This document shows positions 7,371 to 16,576 of a DNA stretch of 37,142 bases, in pieces; position 1 is the stretch's first letter; every line of letters starts with the position of its first letter. The DNA lies in the NCBI GenBank assembly GCA_021813835.1, contig JAKAJJ010000001.1:1-37142 (forward strand), in the 5' to 3' direction. The translations under genes were made by a program, and so were the position numbers. Origin of the DNA: a bacterium. Lineage in GTDB: Bacteria > Patescibacteriota > Minisyncoccia > Phycocordibacterales > Phycocordibacteraceae. Below the pieces are notes generated by a model that worked only from the letters and a program-made list of their open reading frames with translations, was not told the origin of the DNA and did not search any database.

Positions 7371-9524
7371 ATGCCGGAGAAATTCCTGAAGCCCTACGAT
7401 CCCGCCGCGACCGAGGGACGCCTCTACGGAGAGTGGGAGAAGAGCGGCCTCTTCAATCCCGACGAGTGCGTCCGGCGCGGCGCGGCGCGCGCGGACGCGC
7501 CGGCGTACTCCATCGTGCTTCCCCCGCCCAACGTCACCGGCCGGCTCCATATGGGCCACGCGCTTATGCTCGCCATCGAGGACATCTTCGTCCGCTACAA
7601 ACGGATGCGCGGTTTCCGCACGCTCTGGGTGCCCGGCACCGATCACGCCGCCATCGCCACGCAGGCGGTCGTCGAGAAACAGATAAAAAAAGACGAGGAT
7701 AAAAGCCGCCACGACCTCGGACGCGAGGAGTTTGTGAGGCGCGTCGAGGCGTTCGCGGAAGAAAGCCACGGCACCATCGTGAGCCAGCTGAAAACGATGG
7801 GCGCCTCGCTCGACTGGAGCCGCGAAGCGTTCACGCTCGACGATGCGCGCAGCCGCGCGGTGCGCACCGTCTTCAAGCGGATGTACGACGCCGGACTCGT
7901 CTACCGCGGCCACCGCATCGTCAACTGGGACCCGAAAGGCCAGACGACCATTTCCGACGACGAAGTCGTCTACGAGGAGCGGCCGGCGAAGCTCTATACC
8001 TTCCGCTATGCCAACGACTTCCCCATCAGCGTCGCGACGACCCGCCCCGAGACGAAGGTCGGCGACGTCGCGGTCGCGGTGCACCCGGACGACGCGCGCT
8101 ACCGGGACTTCGTCGGAAAGGAATACGACGCCGTCTTTTGCGACGTTCCGATCCGCCTGAAAATCGTCGCGGACGCGGCAGTCGATCCCTCCTTCGGCAC
8201 GGGCGCCGTCGGCGTCACTCCGGCGCACAGTCAGACCGACTGGGACATCGCCGACCGGCACGGGCTTTCACATCAAAATATAGTCATCAGCGAATACGCG
8301 AAGATGACCGTTCCCGGGCGCCTCAACGGAATGAAAACGGCCGCGGCCCGGGGCGCGGTCGTGGAATGGCTGAAGCGGGAAGGGCTTCTCGAGAAAGAGG
8401 AGGACATCCGCCAGAACGTCGCCACGGCGGAGCGCACGGGCGGAATTATCGAACCCCTCCCGAAGCTCCAGTGGTTCGTGGACGTGAACAGGGAGGTTCC
8501 GGGACGCGGGGCGTCGCTCAAGGAACTGATGCTCGAACCGGTCCGTTCGAAGAAAATAGCCATCATCCCCGACCACTTCGAGAAAACGTACGTCCACTGG
8601 ATAGAAAACCTGCGCGACTGGTGCGTGAGCCGTCAGATCTGGTACGGCCACCGCATCCCCGTCTGGTACAGGGGCGAGGAGATACAGGTCGGCGTCGAAC
8701 CGAAGGAGGTGGGCTGGACGCAGGACGAAGATACGCTCGACACGTGGTTCTCTTCCGGCCTTTGGACCTTCTCCACGCTCGGCTGGCCGGACGATGCGGG
8801 CGATCTGAAGACGTATCACCCCACCGACCTTCTCGAGACCGGCTACGATATCCTTTTTTTCTGGGTCGCGCGGATGATACTGATGACCGAATTCGCGCTC
8901 GGCACGATCCCTTTCAGGACGGTGTACCTCCACGGCCTCGTCCGCGACGCGCAGGGGCGCAAGATGAGCAAGTCGCTCGGCAACAATCTCGACCCTGTCG
9001 ACATCGCGGCGAAATTCGGCGCGGACGCCGCGCGGATGGCGCTCGTCGTCGGCAATACGCCCGGTACCGACACGCGCATCAGCGAGGACAAGGTGAAGGG
9101 CTACAAGCACTTCGCGAACAAGCTCTGGAACATCGCGCGGTTCATCCTCGAGAACGCGGACGATGCGGATGCCGCCGTGCCGCTGTCGGAAGCCGACGTC
9201 GCGCACCGCGCCGCCCTCGATGCGCTCACGCGCGAGGTGACGGCCGACATCGACGGCTACCGCGTTTACCTCGCCGCCGAGAAGCTGTACCACTACGCGT
9301 GGCATGAGCTCGCGGACAACATCATCGAAGAATCGAAGCCGGTCCTCCAGGGAGCGGATGCGGCCGCCAAAGCGTCGCGGCGGGCGCTGCTCGCCCGCCT
9401 CTTCGACCGGACGCTCCGGCTCCTCCACCCGTTTATGCCCTTCGTGACCGAGGAGATCTGGCAGTCCCTCCCTGCGAAGGATGCGGATTATCTTATGGTT
9501 GCGCGGTGGCCGGTGGTAGAATGA
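7371..9524 (+). CDS. valS: Valine--tRNA ligase (short form lacking the C-terminal coiled-coil arm)
   Basis: PPPNVTGRLHMGHA, DWCVSRQIWYGHRIP, KMSKS. Confidence 0.97.
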   Translation: MPEKFLKPYDPAATEGRLYGEWEKSGLFNPDECVRRGAARADAPAYSIVLPPPNVTGRLHMGHALMLAIEDIFVRYKRMRGFRTLWVPGTDHAAIATQAVVEKQIKKDEDKSRHDLGREEFVRRVEAFAEESHGTIVSQLKTMGASLDWSREAFTLDDARSRAVRTVFKRMYDAGLVYRGHRIVNWDPKGQTTISDDEVVYEERPAKLYTFRYANDFPISVATTRPETKVGDVAVAVHPDDARYRDFVGKEYDAVFCDVPIRLKIVADAAVDPSFGTGAVGVTPAHSQTDWDIADRHGLSHQNIVISEYAKMTVPGRLNGMKTAAARGAVVEWLKREGLLEKEEDIRQNVATAERTGGIIEPLPKLQWFVDVNREVPGRGASLKELMLEPVRSKKIAIIPDHFEKTYVHWIENLRDWCVSRQIWYGHRIPVWYRGEEIQVGVEPKEVGWTQDEDTLDTWFSSGLWTFSTLGWPDDAGDLKTYHPTDLLETGYDILFFWVARMILMTEFALGTIPFRTVYLHGLVRDAQGRKMSKSLGNNLDPVDIAAKFGADAARMALVVGNTPGTDTRISEDKVKGYKHFANKLWNIARFILENADDADAAVPLSEADVAHRAALDALTREVTADIDGYRVYLAAEKLYHYAWHELADNIIEESKPVLQGADAAAKASRRALLARLFDRTLRLLHPFMPFVTEEIWQSLPAKDADYLMVARWPVVE

Positions 9525-9528
9525 AAGG

Positions 9529-10233
9529 GTGACCCTGACGACGCTCGGCTACGCATTCCTCGGCGGACTGCTCCCTTCCCTCATCTGGCTCTACTTCCTC
9601 CTCAAGGAGGACGCGCGCTGTCCCGAACCGCGCGCCCTCATCGCGTTCGCGTTCGTCGCCGGTATGGCGGCGGTGCCGCTCGCTCTCCCCCTCGAACAGT
9701 ATTCGAAAACGCACCTTTCCGGGGATGTGTCCGTCCTCGCCGCCTGGGCGCTCATCGAGGAAACGCTCAAGTACGCGATGGCCGCCGCTTTCATCCTCTG
9801 GCGCCGCGCGGTCGACGAAGCGCCCGATTACGTCGTGTATATGCTCACCGTGGCGCTCGGCTTCGCCTCGGCGGAAAATATGCTCTTCCTCTTCGCTCCC
9901 ATCGCGAGCGGGAATTTCGCGACCGGCATCTTCACCGGCGATCTGCGTTTCCTCGGCTCGACCCTGCTCCACGTCGTCGCCTCGGCCGCCATCGGCTTCG
10001 CGCTCGCGTTCTCGGCGAAGATGCGCCCGCTCGCGCGCAGCGCGGCGGCGGCGTTCGGACTTATCCTCGCCGTCGTATTGCATACGGCCTTCAATCTGCT
10101 TATCATCAAGCAAGGCGCCTCGACCGCGCTCACCGCGTTCTTCCTCGTCTGGCTCGTCGTCGTCATTTTCTTCGCGGCGTTCGAAGTTCTCAAATACTTC
10201 CGCTACCGTAACCTCCCCACTAATACCTGCTGA
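9529..10233 (+). CDS. prsW: PrsW family intramembrane metalloprotease
   Basis: Multiple TM segments; EETLK, GFASAEN, LLH and LHTAFN motifs. Confidence 0.9.
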   Translation: MTLTTLGYAFLGGLLPSLIWLYFLLKEDARCPEPRALIAFAFVAGMAAVPLALPLEQYSKTHLSGDVSVLAAWALIEETLKYAMAAAFILWRRAVDEAPDYVVYMLTVALGFASAENMLFLFAPIASGNFATGIFTGDLRFLGSTLLHVVASAAIGFALAFSAKMRPLARSAAAAFGLILAVVLHTAFNLLIIKQGASTALTAFFLVWLVVVIFFAAFEVLKYFRYRNLPTNTC

Positions 10234-10235
10234 CT

Positions 10236-10736
10236 ATGGCTTTAAAACTCTCGTTTCTCAGCCGACTGTCCGGCTCCTCGGCAGAGGACGCGCTCGATTC
10301 GTTCGACGATGATCTCGCGATAGCCCCGCCGCGCGGCGGGGAGCCGCGCGGGAAGCGCGGCGAGGCGGCGCGTCCCGCGCCGCTCGACGACGACCAGTCC
10401 TCGGGCGAAGGCCAGCTCCCCGTCGACGTCCATCAGACCGCGAACGAGATCGTCATCCGCGCCTTCGTCGCCGGCGTGCGTCCCGACGAGCTCACGATTT
10501 CCATAAGCCGCGACATGGTCGAGATCGAGGGTTCGCGCATGGAGCGCGAGCAGGTCTCGGGCCCCGATTATTTCACCCGCGAGCTCTTTTGGGGCTCGTT
10601 CACGCGCACCATCCTCCTGCCCCAGGAAGTCGACGTGGATGCCGCGACAGCGACCGCCAAAGACGGCCTCCTCACGCTCGTCCTCCCGAAGCTCGACAAG
10701 GCGCGCCAGACGCGCCTGCGCGTGAAGGCGGGCTGA
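10236..10736 (+). CDS. Hsp20/alpha-crystallin small heat-shock protein
   Basis: PVDV..RELFWGSFTRTILLP..DGLLTLVLPK. Confidence 0.92.
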   Translation: MALKLSFLSRLSGSSAEDALDSFDDDLAIAPPRGGEPRGKRGEAARPAPLDDDQSSGEGQLPVDVHQTANEIVIRAFVAGVRPDELTISISRDMVEIEGSRMEREQVSGPDYFTRELFWGSFTRTILLPQEVDVDAATATAKDGLLTLVLPKLDKARQTRLRVKAG

Positions 10737-10739
10737 TTT

Positions 10740-11825
10740 TCATTTCAGCGTCACGGTTTCCTCCGCGGGCGGCAGGGCGACCGGCTCGACCGTAAACGGC
10801 AGGCGCGCGATGAGGCGCCCGTCGATGGTCTCGACATCGACCCGCCACGCTCCCGGCGCGCTGGCGAGCGCGGCCGAGTAGCCGCGGTAGCCGCCGTCGC
10901 GGCCGCCGACGATCGGGTAGGAGATGGCCGCTTTCGTGACCCACTGCTTGAGGGACGGGTCGTACCACTCCCAGCGGTGGACGATGGTCGTCTCGAGCGC
11001 GGTGGGGGCGAAGACGGCGCTGTAGGCGTAGAGCGACTCGCCGGAAACGACGTGGAGCGTCGGGGAGAAGCCGAGGTAGCGCACCGTCCAGGGCTCGATC
11101 TCGCTCGTCGCGAGGTAGGCGCCCGGGACGCGCCAGACGGCGTGGTAGACGCCCGCGGCTTCGGCCGAGAGCGGCAGGGGCGGCAAGATGTTCAGGAAAT
11201 AAAAAACGTTCACGAGGACGAAGACCGCGGCGGCGCCGGCACGGATGCGCCACACGTCCTCGCGGAAGCGCGCGCGGCCGAGGATGCGCAGGAGAACCGT
11301 GAAAAGCGCGAAAAGCGCGATGGCGACGGCGCCGCTCTCGAGGAAAGTCAGGGTGCCGAGGGTGCCGGTATAGATCGGAACGGCGAAGATCGCGTAGGAG
11401 TAGAGCGCAAAAAAGAAAAGCACGGAGGTGAAGACGAGCCGGTCGTGGTAGCGGTGGAACACTTCGTTGCCGACGAGGAACGCCGCGATGACGAGCAGGA
11501 AGGGCCATGACGCCGAGAGGACCGCCGAGCGGCCGTAGAAGACGAAGAAGCCGCTCCAAAAACCGCCGAGCGCGAATTGCGTCGCGAGGGGAAGCACGGG
11601 CCGCCAGCGCGGGCGCGGGAAGCCGCGCGCCGCGCGTTCCTCGAACCAGTGCAGGAGCGCAATGGCGAGGAAGCAGACGGCGGTATAGGCGGCGAAGACC
11701 GCCTGCGTCTGCCAGAGGTCGACGCGCTTGAAGAGGAGATTGTCGGCGGCGAAACCGGCGAGCATGGCGGCGGCCGAAAGGTGCCGTTCGTACCGCTGCA
11801 TCCATGCGAAGAGCGCGCGAAACAT
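10740..11825 (-). CDS. Membrane protein with C-terminal DUF2914-like domain
   Basis: TM N-terminus; AVFAPT..HRW..GGRDGGYRGYS..GAWRVDVET. Confidence 0.8.
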   Translation of the reverse strand: MFRALFAWMQRYERHLSAAAMLAGFAADNLLFKRVDLWQTQAVFAAYTAVCFLAIALLHWFEERAARGFPRPRWRPVLPLATQFALGGFWSGFFVFYGRSAVLSASWPFLLVIAAFLVGNEVFHRYHDRLVFTSVLFFFALYSYAIFAVPIYTGTLGTLTFLESGAVAIALFALFTVLLRILGRARFREDVWRIRAGAAAVFVLVNVFYFLNILPPLPLSAEAAGVYHAVWRVPGAYLATSEIEPWTVRYLGFSPTLHVVSGESLYAYSAVFAPTALETTIVHRWEWYDPSLKQWVTKAAISYPIVGGRDGGYRGYSAALASAPGAWRVDVETIDGRLIARLPFTVEPVALPPAEETVTLK

Positions 11826-11829
11826 ACGG

Positions 11830-11902
11830 TGCTTGGAGTCGGGCTCGAACCGACGACCCCTTCCTCTTCAGGGAAGTGCTCTACCAACTGAGCTATCCAA
11901 GC
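11830..11902 (-). tRNA. tRNA-Phe(GAA)
   Basis: Reverse complement GCTTGGATAGCTCAGTTGGTAGAGC...CTGAAGA...GGTTCGAGCCCGACTCCAAGCA. Confidence 0.95.
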
Positions 11903-11958
11903 GAAGGAAGACACGCGCGGCGCGTCTATGCCGCCCGTGCCCAAGCCATGGGCGGGCG

Positions 11959-12243
11959 CTACTGCCCCGCTTTGTACGAGTTTATCAGCTTTTGCAGATC
12001 CGCGGTAGTCGGGAGCCCGAAAAGCCCCGCCGGCGCGCTCGCGCCGCTCGCGGAGAACTTTGCGGCGAGCGGCGCGAGATACGCCTGGTAGAAATAGTAC
12101 GACAGGGCGAGCACGACGACCCAGACAATGACTTTCCAGAACGAGCTGATGAGCTGGTGGCGCCGGATGGAGCGCAGGATGCGGTGATTGTCTTTCGCGA
12201 GCGCATGCGTCTCTTCGACGAGCCGCTTGAGTTCGGGATCCAT
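11959..12243 (-). CDS. Small single-TM hypothetical protein
   Basis: ATG preceded by a TACAAT box; one hydrophobic helix. Confidence 0.75.
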   Translation of the reverse strand: MDPELKRLVEETHALAKDNHRILRSIRRHQLISSFWKVIVWVVVLALSYYFYQAYLAPLAAKFSASGASAPAGLFGLPTTADLQKLINSYKAGQ

Positions 12244-12322
12244 AACCGCTCCATTGTACCATCGCGATGGGGTGCCGAAAACGGTGATGCCGAACGCACT
12301 GCTCGAAGAGTGACGAAAGGGG

Positions 12323-12394
12323 TGCCCCTACCATGAGTCGAACATGGATCGCCGCGTTAGGAGTGCGGTGCACTATCCATTGTGCTATAGGGGC
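12323..12394 (-). tRNA. tRNA-Arg(CCT)
   Basis: Reverse complement GCCCCTATAGCACAATGGATAGTGCACCGCA-CTCCTAA-CGCGG...GTTCGACTCATGGTAGGGGCA. Confidence 0.9.
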
Positions 12395-12458
12395 GCTCGA
12401 CCGGACGATAGCACGAAACCCGCGCCGGCTCCGGCCGGCGCGGGCCGCAGAAGGTATC

Positions 12459-12701
12459 CTACACCGCGACGCCGAGGGTGGATGCGATGCGCTCTTTGTC
12501 GAATCCGATGATCATTTCGTCGCCGATGAAGATGACCGGGACGCCCATTTGCCCGGACTTCTGGATCATTTCCTGGCGCTTCGCGAGATCGTGCGCGACG
12601 TCATAGTCGGTGTAGCCGATGCCTTTTTCCTTCAGGAATTCCTTGGTCATCTGGCAGAAATGGCAGGTCGGCGTGCTGTAAATGGTGACGGTTTTATTCA
12701 T
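12459..12701 (-). CDS. Glutaredoxin-like (NrdH/YruB family) protein
   Basis: YSTPTCHFC CxxC motif; SGQMGVPVI..IIGFD. Confidence 0.92.
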   Translation of the reverse strand: MNKTVTIYSTPTCHFCQMTKEFLKEKGIGYTDYDVAHDLAKRQEMIQKSGQMGVPVIFIGDEMIIGFDKERIASTLGVAV

Positions 12702-12748
12702 ACGCGTTTCGTTATGGGAAAAGTATAGCACAGCCGGTTATCCCCACC

Positions 12749-13378
12749 CTAGGGCCGCCGCAGGATGACCCTGCTCGCGAGGAGCGCGCCGTCCGCCCCC
12801 CGCGTGCCGGACACGATCGCTTCGGCGCCCGCCGCAAGCGCGCTCATCGGGACCGCCTGCCCCATTTTCGTAATGACCGTATCCGCCGCGACGTCGATCG
12901 TGAGCGCTCTCCGCGCGGGCTTCCCCGGATGGCTTTTCGGGACGAGCGTGAACGCCCCCGGCGCGACGGCGGCGATCGTGCCGCCTATGACGCCGCCCGG
13001 ACGCCACGCGCGCTCGCGCGGCCCGTCGATGACCGCGCGCGCGGCGATGGCATCCCCCGAGAGCGGGCCGATGACGGCGATCGGATCGCCGACGGCGACT
13101 GCCGCGAGCGTCGCCGCGCTTCCCGCCTTGATTATTTTCGCGTCCTGCGTATCGACGGTGTACGTGGAGCCGTTCTTCGCCGACAGGGTGATGGACGAGC
13201 CGTCGACGGCCGCGACGGTGCCGATGCGCCCCTCCCCGGGCCGGCCGCGGAATCCCGAGGGCGCGTTCGCGGAGCGGACGCCGGCGGCGGCAAAGACGTA
13301 CGACGGGAGAATCCCCGCCGCCGCGAGCGCAACGCTCGCGGCGCCGATGACGATGATTCGTTGTGCGGATGAGGCCAT
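12749..13378 (-). CDS. Secreted DUF5666-like repeat protein
   Basis: Signal peptide; GTVAAVDGSSITL..YTV..VGD.IAV.G pattern occurring twice; start uncertain. Confidence 0.65.
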   Translation of the reverse strand: MASSAQRIIVIGAASVALAAAGILPSYVFAAAGVRSANAPSGFRGRPGEGRIGTVAAVDGSSITLSAKNGSTYTVDTQDAKIIKAGSAATLAAVAVGDPIAVIGPLSGDAIAARAVIDGPRERAWRPGGVIGGTIAAVAPGAFTLVPKSHPGKPARRALTIDVAADTVITKMGQAVPMSALAAGAEAIVSGTRGADGALLASRVILRRP

Positions 13379-13478
13379 ACGTCGCGTACTAAGCGGATAA
13401 GGGCGAGACATCCGTTACTACGCGCCTGGAGCCGCTTTGTTCCGTGCCCCGGCAGGGATTTGTCGTGGGGCACCTCGG

Positions 13479-13970
13479 TCAAGACCTTCGCCGCCGACCT
13501 TTAAGCTTTGCGAGCGTTCGGTATATGTCCGTGAGGAATCCCTTTTTGCCCATCCACGTTGGCGGCCGATTCGCCGGGAAGCCGATCCACCACGTATCGT
13601 GACCGCGATCACCGCCGTGTTGGTGCTTCAGCATTTTGAACGGAATCTTCTTTTTCTCGAAAATCCACGCTTTTGCGTCGAATGGCGAGACGCCAAGGCA
13701 GATGAGGAAACGATAGTTCTGGTCGCGAATCTGCTGGAACACGTATTGCCCGCTCTCCCACTCGGTCGAGAATTTTATCTCGACGCGCGCTCCTTCGATA
13801 ACCCGATCGGCATCGCTGTCGGGCGACCGCACCACGTCGAGTCCGCGCGCTGCGCACCACCCAGCGATAAGCTGCTCGCCGATTTCCCCGCGCTGTCTCG
13901 ACGGGCGACGCAATATCCACTCGAACGGGCTGTGTTGCCAGCGTATCGAGCCATTCTTTTCGTATTCTGA
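13479..13970 (-). CDS. PD-(D/E)xK restriction-endonuclease-like protein; start unclear, possibly a pseudogene
   Basis: GEIGEQL..DADRVI..VEIKFS..FQQIRDQNY; frame open to 13970 but the first canonical start is TTG 13913. Confidence 0.65.
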   Translation of the reverse strand, partial: SEYEKNGSIRWQHSPFEWILRRPSRQRGEIGEQLIAGWCAARGLDVVRSPDSDADRVIEGARVEIKFSTEWESGQYVFQQIRDQNYRFLICLGVSPFDAKAWIFEKKKIPFKMLKHQHGGDRGHDTWWIGFPANRPPTWMGKKGFLTDIYRTLAKLKGRRRRS

Positions 13971-14088
13971 TTACTTTCGAGGGTGGCGAAGGGTCAGACG
14001 TGGGGAACCATGACAGCTATGTGATTTTTGATCCTGAAAGGGCGAAAATAATTAGAGAGCAGGAGGTAAACGTCCCGGTCGTTTAAAC

Positions 14089-14122
14089 TAGCACTGGATG
14101 GTGCCTCGGCTCGGTCTCGAAC
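14089..14122 (-). repeat. tRNA-3'-like att site C
   Basis: GTTC-GAGACCGAGCCGAG-GCACCA-TC-CAGTGCTA. Confidence 0.65.
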
Positions 14123-14188
14123 TTTGTCACGAGAGGCAATTCAAGGGCCTTCGGATGAATTTTAGGACAGCAGACTGGGGTATCTCGG

Positions 14189-14890
14189 TCACCAATTTGT
14201 TTTTCCTAAATCAAGTACGGGCTTCCCAACTATCGCACTTTCGGACACCATATAGGTTGACGTTGAGGTTGGATTATCTTTGGTCAGGTAAATGTCGCCC
14301 TGCGGTACAGTTATCCCATTGACCACATTGCCAGATACTCCAGCAACACGAGCGATGACATAGTATGCCCCTTGCGCGTCTTGCACTGTTGCAATAACAA
14401 CATTCCCTACCGAAACGGACTTATCGACTTTTTCAATCACGATGTACTCCCCAGAAGGATACGCGGGCGCCATGCTGTCGCCGTCAACCAAAAATGGGGC
14501 GAACAAGAATCCCCGCAGGAGTACAACTACGATAACTAAAAGGAGGAAAGCGGCAATATTGCCAATAAAAAGGACGAGAACTGACTTCCAGAAGTTTGTT
14601 TGGAGGTATTTTCTATACAGTACAGCCCCGACAATATAGGAACCGAGAACGGCGAATAACTTAAATATAACGGCGTTGAGTAAGAATCCGATTCCTGAAA
14701 TCACTAACGGAGCGACCGACGCTAAAGCCATGATCCAGACAACGCGCGGGAATGTGCTCGCAGTAATGTGAAAGAGTTTGTTGATGAGATGTTGCAATTC
14801 GGCGACCGCCAAGAACACCAGGATTGCAACGGCGATAATCGAGAGTATGAGTATGAGAATGAGACCCATATAGTCAGTATACCTTGCCAC
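14189..14890 (-). CDS. Multi-TM protein with C-terminal S26 signal-peptidase-like domain
   Basis: VDGDSMAPAY and ESAIVGK motifs; lower GC; start 14890 (GTG) or 14869 (ATG). Confidence 0.7.
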   Translation of the reverse strand: MARYTDYMGLILILILSIIAVAILVFLAVAELQHLINKLFHITASTFPRVVWIMALASVAPLVISGIGFLLNAVIFKLFAVLGSYIVGAVLYRKYLQTNFWKSVLVLFIGNIAAFLLLVIVVVLLRGFLFAPFLVDGDSMAPAYPSGEYIVIEKVDKSVSVGNVVIATVQDAQGAYYVIARVAGVSGNVVNGITVPQGDIYLTKDNPTSTSTYMVSESAIVGKPVLDLGKTNW

Positions 14891-14921
14891 TTAAGAAGGG
14901 ATTTCAACAACGCATCAGTCT

Positions 14922-14962
14922 CTTGCATTAGCACTAGTTGGTGCCCCACCCTAGTCGTGAAC
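14922..14962 (-). repeat. tRNA-3'-like att site B
   Basis: GTTC-ACGACTAGGGTGGG-GCACCA-AC-TAGTGCTAATGCAAG; the last 15 nt are identical to the tRNA-Gly downstream flank (16040-16054). Confidence 0.75.
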
Positions 14963-15031
14963 TTCGTGGGACAAGGCGTGGGAATCACGCTTCTCTTCCT
15001 TGGTTGTCCCCTCGCGTATAGAGTATGCTGC

Positions 15032-15919
15032 ATGGATACTCCCCATATGAAAATTGATCCGGAAAGCTATCGCGAGTTTTTCGCCGGGCGCACGTTGGTG
15101 TTGGGCACGAAACACAAAAAAGAGGACGTGATCGCTCCCATCCTCGAGAGAGAGTTGGGCGTGCGTGTCGTCGTTCCGGATAATTTTGACACGGACCAAT
15201 TCGGCACCTTCACCCGCGAGATCGCTCGAACCGGAAACCAGCTTGAGGCGGCGCGCCGCAAGGCTGCGGCAGCCATGGAGCTTCTTGGGGCGGATTTGTC
15301 TCTTGCGAGCGAAGGCAGTTTTGGGCCGCACCCGGACATCCCATTCATACCATCCAATTTAGAACTCGTGCTCCTCGTGGACCGCAAGCACGGGTTTGAA
15401 ATCCGCGGTCACCATCGGAGCGAGGAGGCAAATGCCGCTTCCGCTTCTGTTTCAAGCGTTGCGGAAGCAAGACAATTTGCCGAGAAAATAGGGTTTCCCG
15501 GGCAGGGGTTGGTGGTGAGGAGGGACGAGCACCGCAATCAGGATATTTTCAAGGATATTTCCTCATATGAAGAACTCGAGGAAAAGGTTTCATATCTATT
15601 GAGTAAATTCCTCGTTCATAAGGTGTATCTAGAAACGGACTTGCGTGCGCACGCCAATCCCCTGCGTATGAAAAACATAGGACTGGCCGCGGAAGATTTG
15701 ATAAAAAATATAAAGAGCACGTGTCCGGAGTGCGCCACGCCCGGATTCGTGATTGTCGATACCGTGCGCGGACTGCCGTGCCAGTTGTGCGGCCAAGAGA
15801 CTGACTTGGCGCTGGCGGTTATCCGTGAATGTCAAAAATGCGGATCGAGACGCCGAGACCCGCACCCGGAAGCAAAAACGTCTGCTGATCCGGTGATGTG
15901 CGGCTATTGCAATCCGTAA
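15032..15919 (+). CDS. DUF6671-like protein with Cys-rich (zinc-ribbon) C-terminus
   Basis: TKHKKE, DTDQFGTFT, ASEGSFGPHP, ETDLRAHANPLRM, four CxxC pairs ending CGYCNP. Confidence 0.8.
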   Translation: MDTPHMKIDPESYREFFAGRTLVLGTKHKKEDVIAPILERELGVRVVVPDNFDTDQFGTFTREIARTGNQLEAARRKAAAAMELLGADLSLASEGSFGPHPDIPFIPSNLELVLLVDRKHGFEIRGHHRSEEANAASASVSSVAEARQFAEKIGFPGQGLVVRRDEHRNQDIFKDISSYEELEEKVSYLLSKFLVHKVYLETDLRAHANPLRMKNIGLAAEDLIKNIKSTCPECATPGFVIVDTVRGLPCQLCGQETDLALAVIRECQKCGSRRRDPHPEAKTSADPVMCGYCNP

Positions 15920-16056
15920 TAAAAAGCGCACATGCGACGCAGGCGATGTTGGGGGTGAGGAGTACTCACGCGGGTTGGCAACAAGACCTCCTGTCGCTCT
16001 GGAGAGGTATCTGAAATGTTGCTTAAGATATTCTAGTCGCTTGCATTAGCACTACG

Positions 16057-16130
16057 TGGTGCGGGTAGGGAGAATCGAACTCCCGACTACTGCTTGGGAA
16101 GCAGTCGTTTTGCCACTAAACCATACCCGC
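16057..16130 (-). tRNA. tRNA-Gly(CCC) with encoded CCA; anchor (site A) of the cassette array
   Basis: Reverse complement GCGGGTATGGTTTAGTGGCAAAACGACTGC-TTCCCAA-GCAGT...GTTCGATTCTCCCTACCCGCACCA. Confidence 0.95.
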
Positions 16131-16469
16131 CTAGAACCAGCCGAGAAGCCGCTGCCACCAGGACGGCGGCGCGGGCGGCGTCGTGGTCGCCGGCGGCACC
16201 ACTACGATAACCTCTTCTCCGGGGCGCGCAACGCCGAAGGCGGTCCGGATGGCCGCTTCCTGCCCGCGCTCGGTTTGAAGCGCGTCCAGGTTCGCCTGGA
16301 GCGTGTTCCGGCGCGATTCGAGCGCCCGGTACTGCGCCTGCGCGTCGTGGGCCTGCGAAATCGCCACCTGCGCCTTTCCGACGAGCCCCGCGATGATCGA
16401 CACGAGCCAGAGCGCGACAAGGACGAGGACGCCGAGGAGAATGCCCTGCCGGAGCTGCTTCGCGCGCAT
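16131..16469 (-). CDS. ftsB: Septum formation initiator (FtsB/DivIC-like)
   Basis: TM helix, coiled coil, then AIRTAFGVARPGEEVI. Confidence 0.75.
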   Translation of the reverse strand: MRAKQLRQGILLGVLVLVALWLVSIIAGLVGKAQVAISQAHDAQAQYRALESRRNTLQANLDALQTERGQEAAIRTAFGVARPGEEVIVVVPPATTTPPAPPSWWQRLLGWF

Positions 16470-16576
16470 ACGGAAAGTATACCGCGCGGCCGGGCGCGGG
16501 GCGGCAGCTCGGGAGCGGGCCGGTTTTCAACGGAAAAATACGGCGTACCGGGAAAGAGCGCCGCCGACCTGTCCGC

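Noticed and set aside
7371..9524. ValS truncation as a pseudogene
   Set aside because: HIGH, KMSKS and anticodon-binding regions are intact and the next gene follows normally; short forms are plausible in reduced genomes.
14768..15031. N-terminal extension of the DUF6671-like ORF
   Set aside because: It overlaps the opposite-strand gene and att site B; ATG 15032 or 15047 is more plausible.
14089..16080. CRISPR array or classical integron attC sites
   Set aside because: Spacers are ~0.8-1.1 kb genes, there is no cas or intI gene, and no long attC hairpins are present.
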